This document shows positions 37,883 through 52,352 of a stretch of DNA of 64,000 nucleotides, piece after piece. Source of the DNA: Octopus vulgaris (Eukaryota); the NCBI GenBank assembly GCA_951406725.2, contig OX597834.1, positions 20,584,001-20,648,000 on the forward strand, read 5' to 3'. How positions within the stretch are numbered: position 1 is the stretch's first letter; every line of letters starts with the position of its first letter. Made by a program: the position numbers and the translations under genes. The notes under the pieces are model-generated. The model did no database searches. It saw only the letters and a program-made list of their open reading frames with translations, and was not told the origin of the DNA.

Positions 37883-39629
37883 ATCTTAGTTTTTTATTTA
37901 TTTATTATTATTATTTTTTTTTTTTATGTTGGATGTCGGGCATTTCCGATCATTTCCGAATCAAAGATTTAATTCTGTCGTTCTTTTATTCCTTTATTCT
38001 TCCGTTTGTTTCCGTCAAGTGACGGTAATGACTGGTAGGGGTTAGGAGAATAAATTGACCCCAGTTGTTTGACTTGTTTAGACTGCGACTTTATCAGTAT
38101 TTCCTATTGAGCTGTTAAGTTATGCAGATGTAAATCGCACCTGTTAGGATTGACCTGGGGTTAAATAACAGCAATAACAACTACTACACATACACAAACA
38201 TAAGCCATGTAATGCACACATGCGTACACACACACATACACATACGATCATTTTGTGAAATTGTGGCAAAATTTAATATCTCGGTTAGTTTGCTCAAAGT
38301 TAGTACACACACACACACAGACACACACACGTAGACACATGCATTCACCAGCACACATACACATAGTTATACATACATACACATGGATATACTCATACGC
38401 TTGCATACTCATACACACACATGTAGACAAATGTGTACGTTCATACCCACTTACATACACATATACACATACATATACACACGCAAATGCCTATGTTCAT
38501 GCATACATGCACGCATACATAATGTCATACATATACTCATACACGGACATACAGATGTACACATACCCACACACACATGCATACAGGTGCACACACTCTC
38601 ACATATGCATACCCTCGCACGTACACACACGTGCATATCCTCATACATACACACATACATACAGACATCCATACACACGTATGCATATAGAGGCATACAC
38701 ATACTCTCTCACACACACACACACATATACATACCTTCATACATATACACATACATCCAGACACACACAGGCATACACATACTCTCTCACACACACATAT
38801 ACATACCCTCATACATATGCACATACATAGACACCCATACACACGTATGCATATAGAGGCACACACATACTCTCTCTCACACACACACACATATACATAT
38901 CCTCATACATATACACATATACACACTGATGTACATAAACACACACATGCATACAGGCACACACACACACACACTCTCACATACACACATGCATACTCCT
39001 ATACATACATACATACTCACAAGACAAAAAAATTTTAAATACATACAAAAAAAAAGGGAAGAATACGAGGCATCATGCCTTTTCTTGAAATTGAAACTTT
39101 ACTGAGTTTCTTATATTTTTTTCCCCCTGAGGAAGAATGAAGAATTAATCTGAAGGAATCGGTTTCCATTACACAGTTAGGTCATCACACTACAAGACCT
39201 TCTGCAATAAGTAGAACACGATAAATAGCTGGATGTGTTTGGCACTTCCGTTTTTGTTTTTTAGCCCCAAGGGAGGTACAACTACTGACCTACCACATCA
39301 CTAAAATAAATACGATGTGAATATTCTGGTTTCGCCCATTTCAGTTCGGTTTGGTTTGGTTTTTGTTTCCAATTACAGAACCAAAGTAGATTCTTAGAAG
39401 AATCACCAGGTTGCTGTCACATCTAGGATGCCTTGTAGCAATATTAAATTGATCCCAGTATTCTAGTTTGTAACTAATTTAATCGACCCTGGGAGAATGG
39501 ACAGCAAAATTTGATTTCAGCAAGATTTGAACTCAGGACTTAAATCGGTGGTTCTCAACCAGGGTCCGTGTGACCCTTAAGGGGATCCATTTAAGATTTT
39601 GTTGTTAAAATTTATCTTCAATAAATTGG

Positions 39630-39900
39630 TCATCATCATCATCATCATTATCATTTAATGTCTGCCTACCATGCTAGCATGGTGGGGATGTTTTCACAAG
39701 AGCTGGCCAGGCCAAATCCTACACCAGATTTCTTTGACTGTTTTGACAGGATTTTTACAACTGGATGCCCTTCATAACACCAACCACCCATCAGAGTGGA
39801 CTGAGTGCTTTTTATGTGGCACAAGCACAGGTGAGGTCAGTTTTGGCATGGTTTTTACAGCTGGATGCCCTTCCGAACACCAACCACCCACTAGAGTGAT
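39630..39900 (-). mobile_element. Degenerate RTE-type tail (family D)
   Basis: (CAT)n then tttaatgtctgc..ccatgctagcatgg; two ctggatgcccttc units. Confidence 0.7.
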
Positions 39901-40077
39901 CATAGCTGACCTTGTGTTAAACAACAACTACTTGCATAGCTAAAAGGGTGTGATTGGGGTAGCCTGTTCTCTGCAACATTTTGGTGGATTGCCAAGCAAC
40001 ACTTTATATAGGTATGAGGATTTGTGCTTTCATGGGGAGAAGGGTGAAGTGGACAGGGAACTGAAAGAGGGGGTCTA

Positions 40078-40760
40078 AAATGTGTGGTAAGAAGCTTGTG
40101 TCCCAGCCACATGGTTCTGGGTTCCCTCCCACTGCGTGGCACCTTGGGCAAGTATCTTCTACTATAGCCTTGGGCTGGCCAAAGCATCATGAGTGGATTT
40201 GGTAAATGGAAACTGAAAGAAGCCTGTCATATATATATATATATATATATATTATGGAGATGTACTTGCATAGCGAGTGACTTGATCTGAGATCGTGTGC
40301 TGGAACAAAAACAATTGCAGCATAGAAGGCTTAAATGGCTTATAAACACCTTCCATGCTGCAATTAGATATATATATATATATATATATCTGTTTATTTT
40401 CTCATGTTCATTCTGTTTAAGAGTGTAAGCTCGAAATGTAAAAAGACTTTTTCACCTTCTTGAGCATTAAACTAATACACCTGTTTGTTGTTTACACACC
40501 TGTCTTCGTCTTTTGTTTTTTTGTAAATTCCAACTATATGTATGTATATATTTGTGTGTGTGTCTGCGTTTGCCCCCAACCCCTCACCATCTCTTAGCAA
40601 CCGATGTTGGTATGTTTATGTCCCCGTAACTTAATGGTTCAGCAAAAGAGACTGATAGAATTAGTACTAAGCTTACAAAGAGTAAGTCCTGGGGTTGATT
40701 CGTTCAACTAGAGGTGGTGCTCTAGCATGGCCACAGTGAAATTACTTAAACAAGTAAAAT
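40078..40760 (+). mobile_element. SINE A with inserts in its internal TA tract
   Basis: Head to about 40228, foreign sequence 40253-40535, body resumes at about 40550. Confidence 0.85.
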
Positions 40761-40834
40761 ATATGTGTGTGTGTGTGTGTGTGACACACAAAGATACACA
40801 TGTGTATATATTTATATATACATATACACACATA

Positions 40835-41145
40835 GTGGCTTAGTGGTTAGGGCATTCGGCTCATGATCGTAAGGTTGTGAGTTCGATTCCCGGCGACACG
40901 TTGTGTCCTTGAGCAAGACACTTTATTTCACGTTGCTCCAGTCCACTCACCTGGCAAAAATGAGTTGTACTTGTATTTCAAAGGGTCAGCCTTGTCACTC
41001 TCTGTGTCACGCTGATTATCCCCGAGAACTACGTTAAGGGTACACGTGTCTGTGGAATGCTCAGCCATTTGCACGTTAATTTCACGAGCAAGCTGTTCCG
41101 TTGATCGTATCAGCTGGGACCCTCGTCGTCGTTACCGGCGGAGTC
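40835..41145 (+). mobile_element. SINE C (tail type 3)
   Basis: tggcttagtggttag A-box, gagttcgattccc B-box, core gtgtccttgagcaagacactttatttcac. Confidence 0.85.
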
Positions 41146-41579
41146 TTTTTTTTTTTTTTTTTAGTTATGTATACACAGTTTTTTTCCTGGCAATAATTTG
41201 TCTTTTGCTCAAGAAATGCAAGAAGAAAACGTAAAATATCATCATTACCATCACCATCATCATAATCATCAACATTTGCTTTTCCTGTTTTTGGTTTTTT
41301 TTTCTGTTTTTTTTTCAAGACCTCTTTTTTAATTTTCTTGATTTTTATTCCCCCTCCCCTCGTAATTTCTCTCTCTCTCTCTCTCTCTCTCTTCCTCTTC
41401 TGCCATACATTATGATGTAGACCAGAGAGGAGATTAGGGATTAATTAAAACAAACCAAATCTATGAAACACACTCTTCAAAATTAGCAATATTGCATTTA
41501 TTTAGCATTGCTGGTGGTATTGGTCTCATTCTCTTACTCTCACTCTCTTTCTCTCTCTATCACTCTGTCTACCAATATC

Positions 41580-42360
<781 letters not shown>

Positions 42361-43161
42361 TCCTCTCTCTCTCTCTCTCTCTCTCCAAACAGGAATAAAT
42401 TTATTATATTTCAATGAAATATTTAACTTCCATATCCGCGATGGAAATTGTTGGGTACTTAAATAATTAGGGCACAAAGAAAAGAATTCAGGAAGGGGTA
42501 AAAAAATATAAAACAGGAGGGAAAAAATGATTGAATCCATAAGGAGGTTTTAACTGGTCCCTGTTGAATAGTAAAGGAAAGGAAATGAAAATACCAAAAC
42601 TAAATAAAAAGACTTATTATAATTTTTTCTTAGAAAGCAGCAACTTGGCAGAATTGTTATCCCGCTGGATGAAATGGTAAACAGCATTTCTTCCAACTCT
42701 CTATATCTTGGGTTCAAATTCTTCCAAGGTCTTATTGGCCTTTCATTCACTCGGTGTTAATGAAATCAATTGAATACTGGGGTGGGGTAAGATAATCGAC
42801 TAAACTCCATCTTGCCCTCCCTGTCACTCCACATGAAATAAACATAAGAAAAGTTCACACCTTGTGCCTATGGTAAAAAGAGATTTTTGGAAATATGTTT
42901 CCAACATCATCATCATCATAATAATAATAATAATAATGATAATAATGGTTTCAGATTTTGGAAAATGGCTAGAAATTTTAGGAGAAGGCTTAATTCTGTT
43001 GCATCAACCCCACCAATGTTCGACAGGTACTTATTTTATTGACTCTGAATGGATAAAAGGCAAAGTCCACCTCGGCAGAATTTGAACTCAAAGTATAAAG
43101 ACAGAAGCAATGTTGCTCAGCAGTTTGCCCAGCATGCTAACCATTCTGCTAGCTCACTGCC

Positions 43162-43197
<36 letters not shown>

Positions 43198-43261
43198 TTA
43201 ATATTAATAATAATAATAATAATGATAATAATAATAATAATCCTCCTCATCATCATTATCA

Positions 43262-43765
43262 TCTGAACTGATTGGAAGTGTTATCATGTACATTGTTTTG
43301 TCTTAGTATAAAAGATGGGCTACAGCAAATATTCTGCTCAATGCCACAGATTTGCTTGACTTTAACCAGTTGAGCATGTCCTTTGGTGGCTGAGGATACG
43401 TGCATCTCTGATCACAAATAGAAGTAGTGGGGGAGCATCATAGCCATGTGTTGAGAGGGATTCTTTGGGGTTTGGATAATTTACCTTTGGAAACCTGGGT
43501 GTTATGTTCAACATCCTTAAACAACTCTTACTCAGGGACCTTTTGAGTAGAATGGGCTACTCGACCAGAAGAAATTTCTAACTGGGCACCACCTGCAAGG
43601 TCATGTGCTGTTTATCTTGATATGAGATCACCATGTTGTGCACATATGGTTGTGATGCATGTGCCTGGTGTACCCTTATCAGATGGATAGTTGTGATGGG
43701 TATTTGGGGCTTCATGTATTTCTACCCTAGTGTCACTTTGATGGCACGCACTGCTCTCTCACTCA
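43262..43765. mobile_element. Unclassified insert in (TAA)n, probably a retroelement relic
   Basis: GC-richer block of about 500 bp bounded by TAA-type repeats; no intact ORF; single copy in this window. Confidence 0.35.
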
Positions 43766-44379
43766 TAATGGCAATAATAATGGCACAAGACCAGCAGTTT
43801 GTGGGGAGGGAGTAAATTAATTACATCAACCCCAGTGTTTCACTGGTACCAAAAGGATGAAAGGCAGACTCAACCTTGGCAGAATTTGAATAATAATAAG
43901 ACACCTCCAAAAGGGGGGGCCCCGCCACGTCAAAACAATAGAGGAGTAGGGGCCGAAACCGGACGTGGTTCCTCTTGATGATGTCTTGAGCTAACTGGAT
44001 CCTATAAAGGAGCTGTTGTGGTAGCAGACCACGAAACACGGCTGTAATTCCTCATAATTATTATTATTATTATTAGTTCAGATTTTTGCCAGAAGGGAGC
44101 TTGGAGGAAGTGGGGATGAGTAAATTACTTCAACCCCAATGTTCAACTGGTACTTACTTTATAAACCCCGAAAGGATGAAAACTAAAGTCAACTTCGGTG
44201 GAATTTGAACTCAGAATGTAACAACGGGCAAAATACTGCCAAGTATTTCATCTGGCATGTTAATGACCCTGCCAGCTTGCTGCTTTAATAATAATTATTA
44301 TGATCAATGTGTGGTGCCCCAGCATGGCCACGGCCTTCGGGCTAAAACATTTGTAAGGATTTAAGGAACTATGACGATT

Positions 44380-44610
44380 TGAAGCACTTGGAATTATCAG
44401 CACTCATCTACCAACAGGGCTGAAAAAGATTGGTGCAAGTGTGAAGGTAGAACACCTTCAAAAGTCAGCATAGCTTGGACCTGCAAGAATTCTTCGCAGG
44501 TTTCTTAAGAGTTTGACCAGTAAACAAGTGTCACCTTAGTCTGCTGGCTGTGGACAGCTGACACTTTCCATCATACCCAGCAAAATAAGCTGTGAGTATT
44601 CATCACAATA
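44380..44610 (+). mobile_element. R4/Dong-type 3' end plus UTR ending in (TAA)n
   Basis: VEHLQKSA*LGPARILRRFL matches the QKxxLLGTAxILR motif of the other copies. Confidence 0.7.
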
Positions 44611-44914
44611 ATAATAATAATAATGATAATTATGATGATGATGATGATAGATTTTTGATTTTTTTGTTTAGTTTTTAAACGGTTTCTTTTATAATAATAA
44701 TAATGGTTTCAAATTTTGCCACAAGGGCAGCAATTTAGGGGGAGGAGGATGAGTCGATTACTTTGACCCCAGTGTTCAACTGATACTTACTTTATCATTT
44801 TTTATCGACCCTGGAAGGATGAAAGGCAAAGTCAACCCTGGCGGAATTTGAATAACAATAATAATAATATTAGTAGTGATAGTAATAACAGTAATAATAC
44901 TAATAATAATAATG

Positions 44915-44948
<34 letters not shown>

Positions 44949-44955
44949 TGATAAG

Positions 44956-45121
44956 AGGCACAGGAGTGGCTGTGTGATAAGTAGCTTGCTTACCAACCAC
45001 ATGGTTCCAGGTTTAGTCCCACTGTGTGGCACCTTGGGCAAGTGCCTTCTACTATAGCCTCAGGCCGACCAAAGGCTTGTGAGTGGATTTGGTAGACGGA
45101 AACTGAAAGAAGCCCGTCGTA

Positions 45122-45169
<48 letters not shown>

Positions 45170-45392
45170 TGTGTGTGTATGTGTTTGTGTATGTCCCCCC
45201 AACATCGCTTGACAACCGATGCTGGTGTGTTTACGTCCCCGTAACTTAGCGGTTCGGCAAAAATAGACCGATGTAATAAGTACTAGGCTTACAAATAATA
45301 AGTCCTGGGGTCGATTTCCTCGATTAAAGGCGGTGCTCCAGCATGGCCACAGTCAAATGACTGAAGCAAGTTAAAGAGTAAAAGAGAAAAGA
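44956..45392 (+). mobile_element. SINE A, full length
   Basis: Complete head, (TA)n and tail. Confidence 0.92.
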
Positions 45393-46032
45393 GTATAATA
45401 ATAGATTTTTGATTTTTTGTTTAGTTCTTAAACGTTTTTTTTTTATAATAATAATAATGATAATAATAATAATAATAATAATAATAGTTTAATGAGATCC
45501 ATATTTTATTTAGGGAATATATTTGGGCGGATACGAAGCCTGAAGCTATCTGAATGTGATAGATGAAGGAGCAACATTGGAAGTGAAACAGGGATCTAGA
45601 AAATACATTGACTACCAGAAACTGATACACACACACACACACACACACACACAGAACTTACACACACAAATTAAAATGAAAATACTAACAGATGTGTGGT
45701 TTGATATATGTCTGATGTTTTTTAAACCCCTAAAATCTCTCCTGTTATTTACCCCTTGTATGTATGGGGTTGGAGATACACCAGGGCTTGAATATATCAT
45801 TTTCATCATCATCATCATCATCATCGTCATCATCATTATCATCATTATTGGCGGTGACGGCAACGTCATCAACATCGTTGTGTCATCATCATCAACATCA
45901 TCAGCATCATCGTCATCATTTTAGTGTTTACTTTTCTATGCTTGGATTCGTTGGATGAAGTTCATTACAGCAGAGCTTTTTTCCTCTGCCAGATGCCCTC
46001 CCTGTTGCCAACCCTCGCCTATTTCCACTGAA

Positions 46033-46283
46033 AGGCGCCGAGCTGGCAGAAAGGTGGCGAGCTGGCAAAAACGTTAGCATGCTGGGCAAAATGCGTAGCC
46101 GTATTTCGTCTGCCGTTACATTCTGAGTTCAAATTCCGCCAAGGTCGACTTTGCCTTCCATCCTTTCGGGGTCGATAAATTAAGTACCAGTTACACACTG
46201 GGGTCGATGTAATCAACTTGATCCGTTTGTCTGTCCTTGTTTGTCCCCTCTATGTTTAGCCCCTTGTGGGTAGTAAAGAAATA
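46033..46283 (+). mobile_element. SINE B monomer with 13-bp TSD
   Basis: TSD tatttccactgaa (46020-46032) / tatttacactgaa (46284-46296); duplicated head motif; empty site visible in the paralogous copy at about 47757. Confidence 0.92.
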
Positions 46284-46974
46284 TATTTACACTGAACCCC
46301 ATTTATCATCTCCAGTCTGACCCAATCACCTCTCATTTCTTCCTTTTCCCATGCCTTCTCTCCTTCAAGATTTCCTACAACCTATGCAGCCTCTTCCTCC
46401 ACAGCTCTTCCTCTCCTCATCCTTACTGCCACCACCTGCCCTTTTCTTTCCTTTCCAACAATGCCACCCTCACATGAATTAATCCCTACACAACATGAAC
46501 GTTTCCCTTTGCCCTTCAACCAACACTGTTAACTGACTCTCATGTTCATCATTGTTATTCAATCTGCATCAAGCAAACTGACTCTTGATGGCCAACAGGT
46601 TCGCAGAGTGACCTCAGAGGCACTCATTTCAGTAAGGGCCTCACTTGTTGCTCAACGTTACTGCACCACTGACAACATAAACTCAAAACCTCTCATTCTT
46701 CCGTTTGGCTTCCAGGTAAATATCCCTGATATGGAAGTTAACTGCCTTCAAGATACGATCATCTCTTCAAAAACCGGTAAAAAGAACAACATCTCTGGAT
46801 AACAGTTCCTCTGCTGTCATAATAAACCCACATTTATGCCAGTTACAGTATCGGCCAGACGATCAGATGTTGTGCACAATTGGTCGCAATGTGCTTCTTC
46901 ATATTGTTGTAGATTTTAAGTGATTCTACTGGGTAGTGGGTAGGAGGAGGGGAGGCCAATATTGACTCTGAAGA

Positions 46975-47387
46975 CAGTGAGCTGGCAGACACGTTAGCAC
47001 GCCAGGTGAAATGCTTAGCGGTATTTCGTCTGTCGTTACGTTCTGAGTTCAAATTCTGCCGAGGTTGACTTTGCCTTTCATCCTTTCGGGGTCAATAAAT
47101 AAAGAACCAGTTTCGCACTGGGGTCGATGTAATCGACTTAATACCTATGTCTGTCCATGTTTGTCCCCTCTGTGTTTAGCCCCTTGTGGGTAATAAAGAA
47201 ATAGGTATTTCGTCTGTCGTTACGTTCTGAGTTCAAATTCCACCGAGGTCGACTTTGCCTTTCATCCTTTCGGGGTCGATAAATAAAGTACCAGTTTCGC
47301 ACTAGGGTCGATGTAATCGACTTAATCCGTTTGTCTGTCCTTGTTTGTCCTCTCTATGTTCAGCCCCTTGTGGGCAATAAAGAAATA
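46975..47387 (+). mobile_element. SINE B dimer with 15-17 bp TSD
   Basis: aatattgactctgaaga at 46958-46974 and 47388-47404; units start at 47020 and 47204. Confidence 0.92.
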
Positions 47388-48014
47388 AATATTGACTCTG
47401 AAGAGAATGCCAGTCTTTTGCAGGGTTATCCATTCCCAGCCGAGTGGACTGGAGCAACGAGAAGTGAAGTCCTTTCTTCAAAAACACATCACGCTGCCAA
47501 CACGAGAATTGAAACCACCATCTTGTGATCATAAATGACCCCTCCCCCCATGCATGCACAAATGCATATGTATAGGAATATGTATACAATTACAAAGGAA
47601 TTAAATAAATGATGGTTCTATATGAACTTAAATTCTCTGGATTAAATCCAGATTAATATACTTAATAGTATGAACCAAAAAGTAATTTAAATTGAAGTTC
47701 ATTACAGCAGAGCTTTTTCCTCTGCTAGATGCCTTCCCTGTTGCCAACCCTCGCCTATTTCCACTAAACCCCTTTTATCATCTCCAGTCTGACCCAATCA
47801 CCTCTCATTTCTTCCTTTTCCCATGCCTTCTCTCCTTTAAGATTTCCTACAACCTATGCAGCCTCTTCTTCCACAGCTCTTCCTCTCCTCATCCTTACTG
47901 CCACCACCTAATGAGAAGAAAAAAACCTATTCCATTAGCTAATGACAATTCTTGTCAGAGAAGGCAAGGGAAAGAACTCCAAAATTTAAAAGAATTAAAA
48001 ACTAAGTTGAGGCA

Positions 48015-48250
48015 TACCTATTTCTTTATTACCCACGAGGGGCTAAACATAGAAGGGACAAACAAGGACAGACATAGGTATTAAGTCGATTACATCGACC
48101 CCAGTGCGTAACTGGTACTTAATTTATCAACCCTGAAAGGATGAAAGGCAAAGTCGACCTCGGCAGAATTTGAACTCAGAACGTAACGGCAAACGAAATA
48201 TGGCTACGCATTTCGCCCAGCATACTAACGTTTCTGCCAGCTTGCCACCA
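48015..48250 (-). mobile_element. SINE B monomer
   Basis: Full reverse-complement copy ending aaagaaataggtat. Confidence 0.9.
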
Positions 48251-48597
48251 AGTTGATGCATACCGTAGAGATGGGGTCTGAACCTTGTTAAATGCCGTAG
48301 AAATTCCATGTATGTTCCTATCTTATTAGTGCCTCTTCAGCAAAATATTTTTTGGCACATGCTTCACTGATCATAGAATGAAGTTGAGAAGATATATATG
48401 TTTTGTGTGTGTGAAGATGAGTTACAGATTAGGCAATTAAAAATAATGACTTTGGGAAGTTTCCCAGAAGTGTTTTCTGTAAATATTGGCAGAAGACCAC
48501 AAATTCAGATGGAATGGGTGGAGACGATTAACTCAACATCAGTCAGTGCTTTAGCCGTACTTATTTCATTGGTCCCAGATGAATGTAAGACAGAGCC

Positions 48598-48990
<393 letters not shown>

Positions 48991-48991
48991 T

Positions 48992-49040
<49 letters not shown>

Positions 49041-49697
49041 AATAGATAAATATATTCATACATGTACACATACAAATACTACTGTAGCTCTCTGTTTGTG
49101 TATGGAAATAAATAACATATATGTATGTGTGTGTATGTACGTATATATGTATGTGTGTATGTATGTATGCATGCGTGTGTATGTGTATATATGTGTGTGT
49201 GTGTATGTATATATGTATATATGTGGATAATATGTGTATATATATACAGTTTCTGCGTGTATACATAATTTTATAACTATAGATAGACTGACAGACAGAC
49301 GGACCGATAGATAGATATCCAGATATATATATATAAGCATGCACACAAATATAGATGTATGTACAATACTGAAACACACTCTCACGGAAAGACACACATG
49401 TAAATAAATAACTTACCTTATAACATGTGTGTGTATGTAAATGTGAATATCAGGTTGATATCAAATTAGCGAGGTACAGTGTAATTTAGAATTCCATAAA
49501 GATGGCATCTCTTTGACAGGAAGATCTGTTGTTGAAATTAGTCTGGGATAATTATTTTACATGCTTGCCGCCATCAGATGTTGTCTCAAATCTCCTTCAA
49601 TTTACATTCCTGAGCATCTTTGGAAATGAAACTTACTTCCCATTCAATGATGTGGTTCTAGAAGAGCTGGTCTTAATTGTCGTTATGTACCAGTCAT

Positions 49698-50000
49698 GTG
49701 TGGAGGCACATGGCCTAGTGGTTACAGCAACGAACTCGCAGTTGAAGGATCACGGGTTCGAATCTCAGACCGGGCGTTGTATGTGTTTATGAGCGAAACA
49801 CCTAAGATCTACGCAGCTCTGGCAGAAGGTAATGGCAAACTTCTGCGACTCTTTCGCCACAACTTTCTCTCACTCTTTCCTCCTGCATCTTGCAGCTCGC
49901 CTGCGACAGACTGGTGTCCCATCCAGGTGGGCAACCTATACGCCACGGAAACCAGAAACCGGCCCTATGAGCAAGGCATGGCTCGAGAAGGAACAAATAA
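49698..50000 (+). mobile_element. tRNA-headed SINE C-related copy (tail type 1)
   Basis: tggcctagtggtta A-box, gggttcgaatc B-box, cctgcgacagactggtgtcccatccagg motif shared with 1625-2170. Confidence 0.75.
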
Positions 50001-50142
50001 AAAAACAACAACCAGTCATGTACTGGGGGTTGGTGTAACCAACTAGTAGCCTCCCCCAAATTTCTGGCTTTGTGCATATAATAGAAAGGAATCTTCTTCT
50101 ACTTCTTCTTCTTCTTATCATCATCATCATCATCATCATCAA

Positions 50143-50590
50143 AGTGGTTAGCTGGAATAATTGTTAGCAGAATCGTTTGCATGCCAGGTAAAATGTTTAA
50201 TAGCATTTCATCCAGCTTCACATTCTGAGTTTAAATTCTGCCGAGGTGGACTTTGTCTTTCATTCTTTCGGGGTCAATAAATTAAGTACTAGTTACGGAC
50301 TGGAGTTGATGTAATCAACTATCACCCTCCACCAAATTTCAGGCCTTGTACATAGAGTAGAAAGGATTATTATTGATATTGTTGTTAAGGCAGTGAGCTT
50401 GCGGAATCATTAGCATGCTGGACAAAACAGCATTTTGCTGGTCTAGATGTTCTGAGTTCAAGTTTCACAGGCATCAACTTGGCTTTTCGTCCTTTCAGAG
50501 TTGGTGAAATAAGCACTCTGGCTGAGGGTCGATGTAATCAACCCATCTCCTCCAAAATTGGCCCTTGAGCCAATAACAATAAAAAGGATT
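50143..50590 (+). mobile_element. Two tandem SINE B copies (alternative tail)
   Basis: Two head/body units, each ending aaaggattatt. Confidence 0.75.
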
Positions 50591-51221
50591 ATTCATAGCA
50601 TTCCCTGCTCCAAGTTCTACAGTTAAAAATGAATTATTTCACGTTCTCCCAAAGCTTTTATATAATAAAAAATAAATAAATAAATAAATAAACCCTCTCT
50701 CCTCAATGAATTTCAAATTAATATCAACCACATAAAATCCACCCAAATATCCTGACACCCTTTTAATTTTTTTCGACCAAGGATTCGCAATAAAAGGCTT
50801 TTGAGAACTGCCTTCACCCCATTTGCAAACCTTAACAATTGAAACTAACTAGAAACATTGGTTCTCAGCCAGTTTATCAGGAATGCTATATTTGTTTCCT
50901 CTGCGCACATTGGCAGCAGCAGCATCAGCAGCAATGTTTGAATATCAAGCAATGCATCCGCTCATGTGCATATCTGTGCATGCATGCACCTACGTTGCAT
51001 AATAGGCTTTCGGTTTTGTTTATGGTTATTTAATGTCCTGTATTTGTCAAGTTGTTGTAATTAGCAATTCTTTTTATATTACGCTGCTTCATTTGAATCT
51101 GGAAGTATGTGTGTATGTGTGCATATGTATATAAATAGATATATATACTTGTATGTATGTGTGTGCTTGTATATATATGTGTGTGTATACATATATATAT
51201 ATATATGTATGCATGTATATA

Positions 51222-51253
<32 letters not shown>

Positions 51254-51383
51254 CACATATATATATATATATGTATATGCATATGTGTATGTATATGCAT
51301 GTATATATATATATATATGTATATGCATATATATGTATATATATATATTTTTATATATATATATACATATATATACATATATG

Positions 51384-51427
<44 letters not shown>

Positions 51428-52174
51428 CACACACACGCATGCACACACACGCACACACACATATATATTTCACACTGCACACACACGCACACACACATAT
51501 ATATTTCACACTGCCCACACATGCAGGTGTGTTGCGTGTGTAAGTATAACTATTCCCTGTAATTTGTTTGGAATCTGCAAATGTGTACATGCCTCTGTGT
51601 GTGTGTGTGAGAGAGAGAGAGAGAGTGTGTGTGTGCATATGTGTATGTGTGTGTGTATGTATGTATATATATGTATGTATATATAAATATATATATATAT
51701 GTGTGTGTGTATATATATATATATATCTATATATATATATAGTTATTTATTTATAAATCCAGAAATTCACAAGCACAAGATATGTACCCGAGTATATCTT
51801 TCTTTTTAAACATTAATATGCTTGTCAGTTCCTCATATTTCATCTGATAACAGGGAAATCGCTAGGCATACATATATGCATGTGCTTTACACACCCACCT
51901 GTGCAGGCACACACACACACACACATATGTTTGTATGTATCAGATGGTGTTTTTTCCCCAGCTAGTCATTTGATCTGCTATTGTGTGTTGAAACTGAAGC
52001 AGTTCCCTAGTGGAACCACCATTCTGATCTTTTAAGAAACACACCAAAATGGTTAAATTCTCTTCCGTGTATTATTACATCCAGTGTCAAAATTTACTGC
52101 GGCGAGACTTTTTGAACATCCTGTATAAAGTCGTTGTCTCTGTCTCAATTTCACTTGAGCACGTTTTTTGCAGT

Positions 52175-52309
52175 CCTTGCTTACCAACCACATGGTTCTT
52201 GGTTCAGTCCCACTGTGTGACACCTTGGGCAAGTGTATTCCACTATAGCCTCAGGCCGACCAAAGCCTTGTGAGTGGATTTGGTTGACAAAAACTGAAAG
52301 AAGCCCATC

Positions 52310-52352
<43 letters not shown>

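Noticed and set aside
39250-39285. Microexon ttag|CCCCAAGGGAG|gtacaa
   Set aside because: 11 nt, not frame-preserving, weak donor, no other support.
39545-39630. hAT/Charlie-like left end (cggtggttctcaacc)
   Set aside because: No matching right TIR or TSD found; too degenerate to call.
40835-40900. tRNA gene
   Set aside because: A and B boxes are present, but the sequence runs straight into the SINE core; it is a SINE head, as at 33592 and 49698.
46542-46802. 86-aa non-repetitive ORF
   Set aside because: No recognisable motif or convincing splice context; length is compatible with chance.
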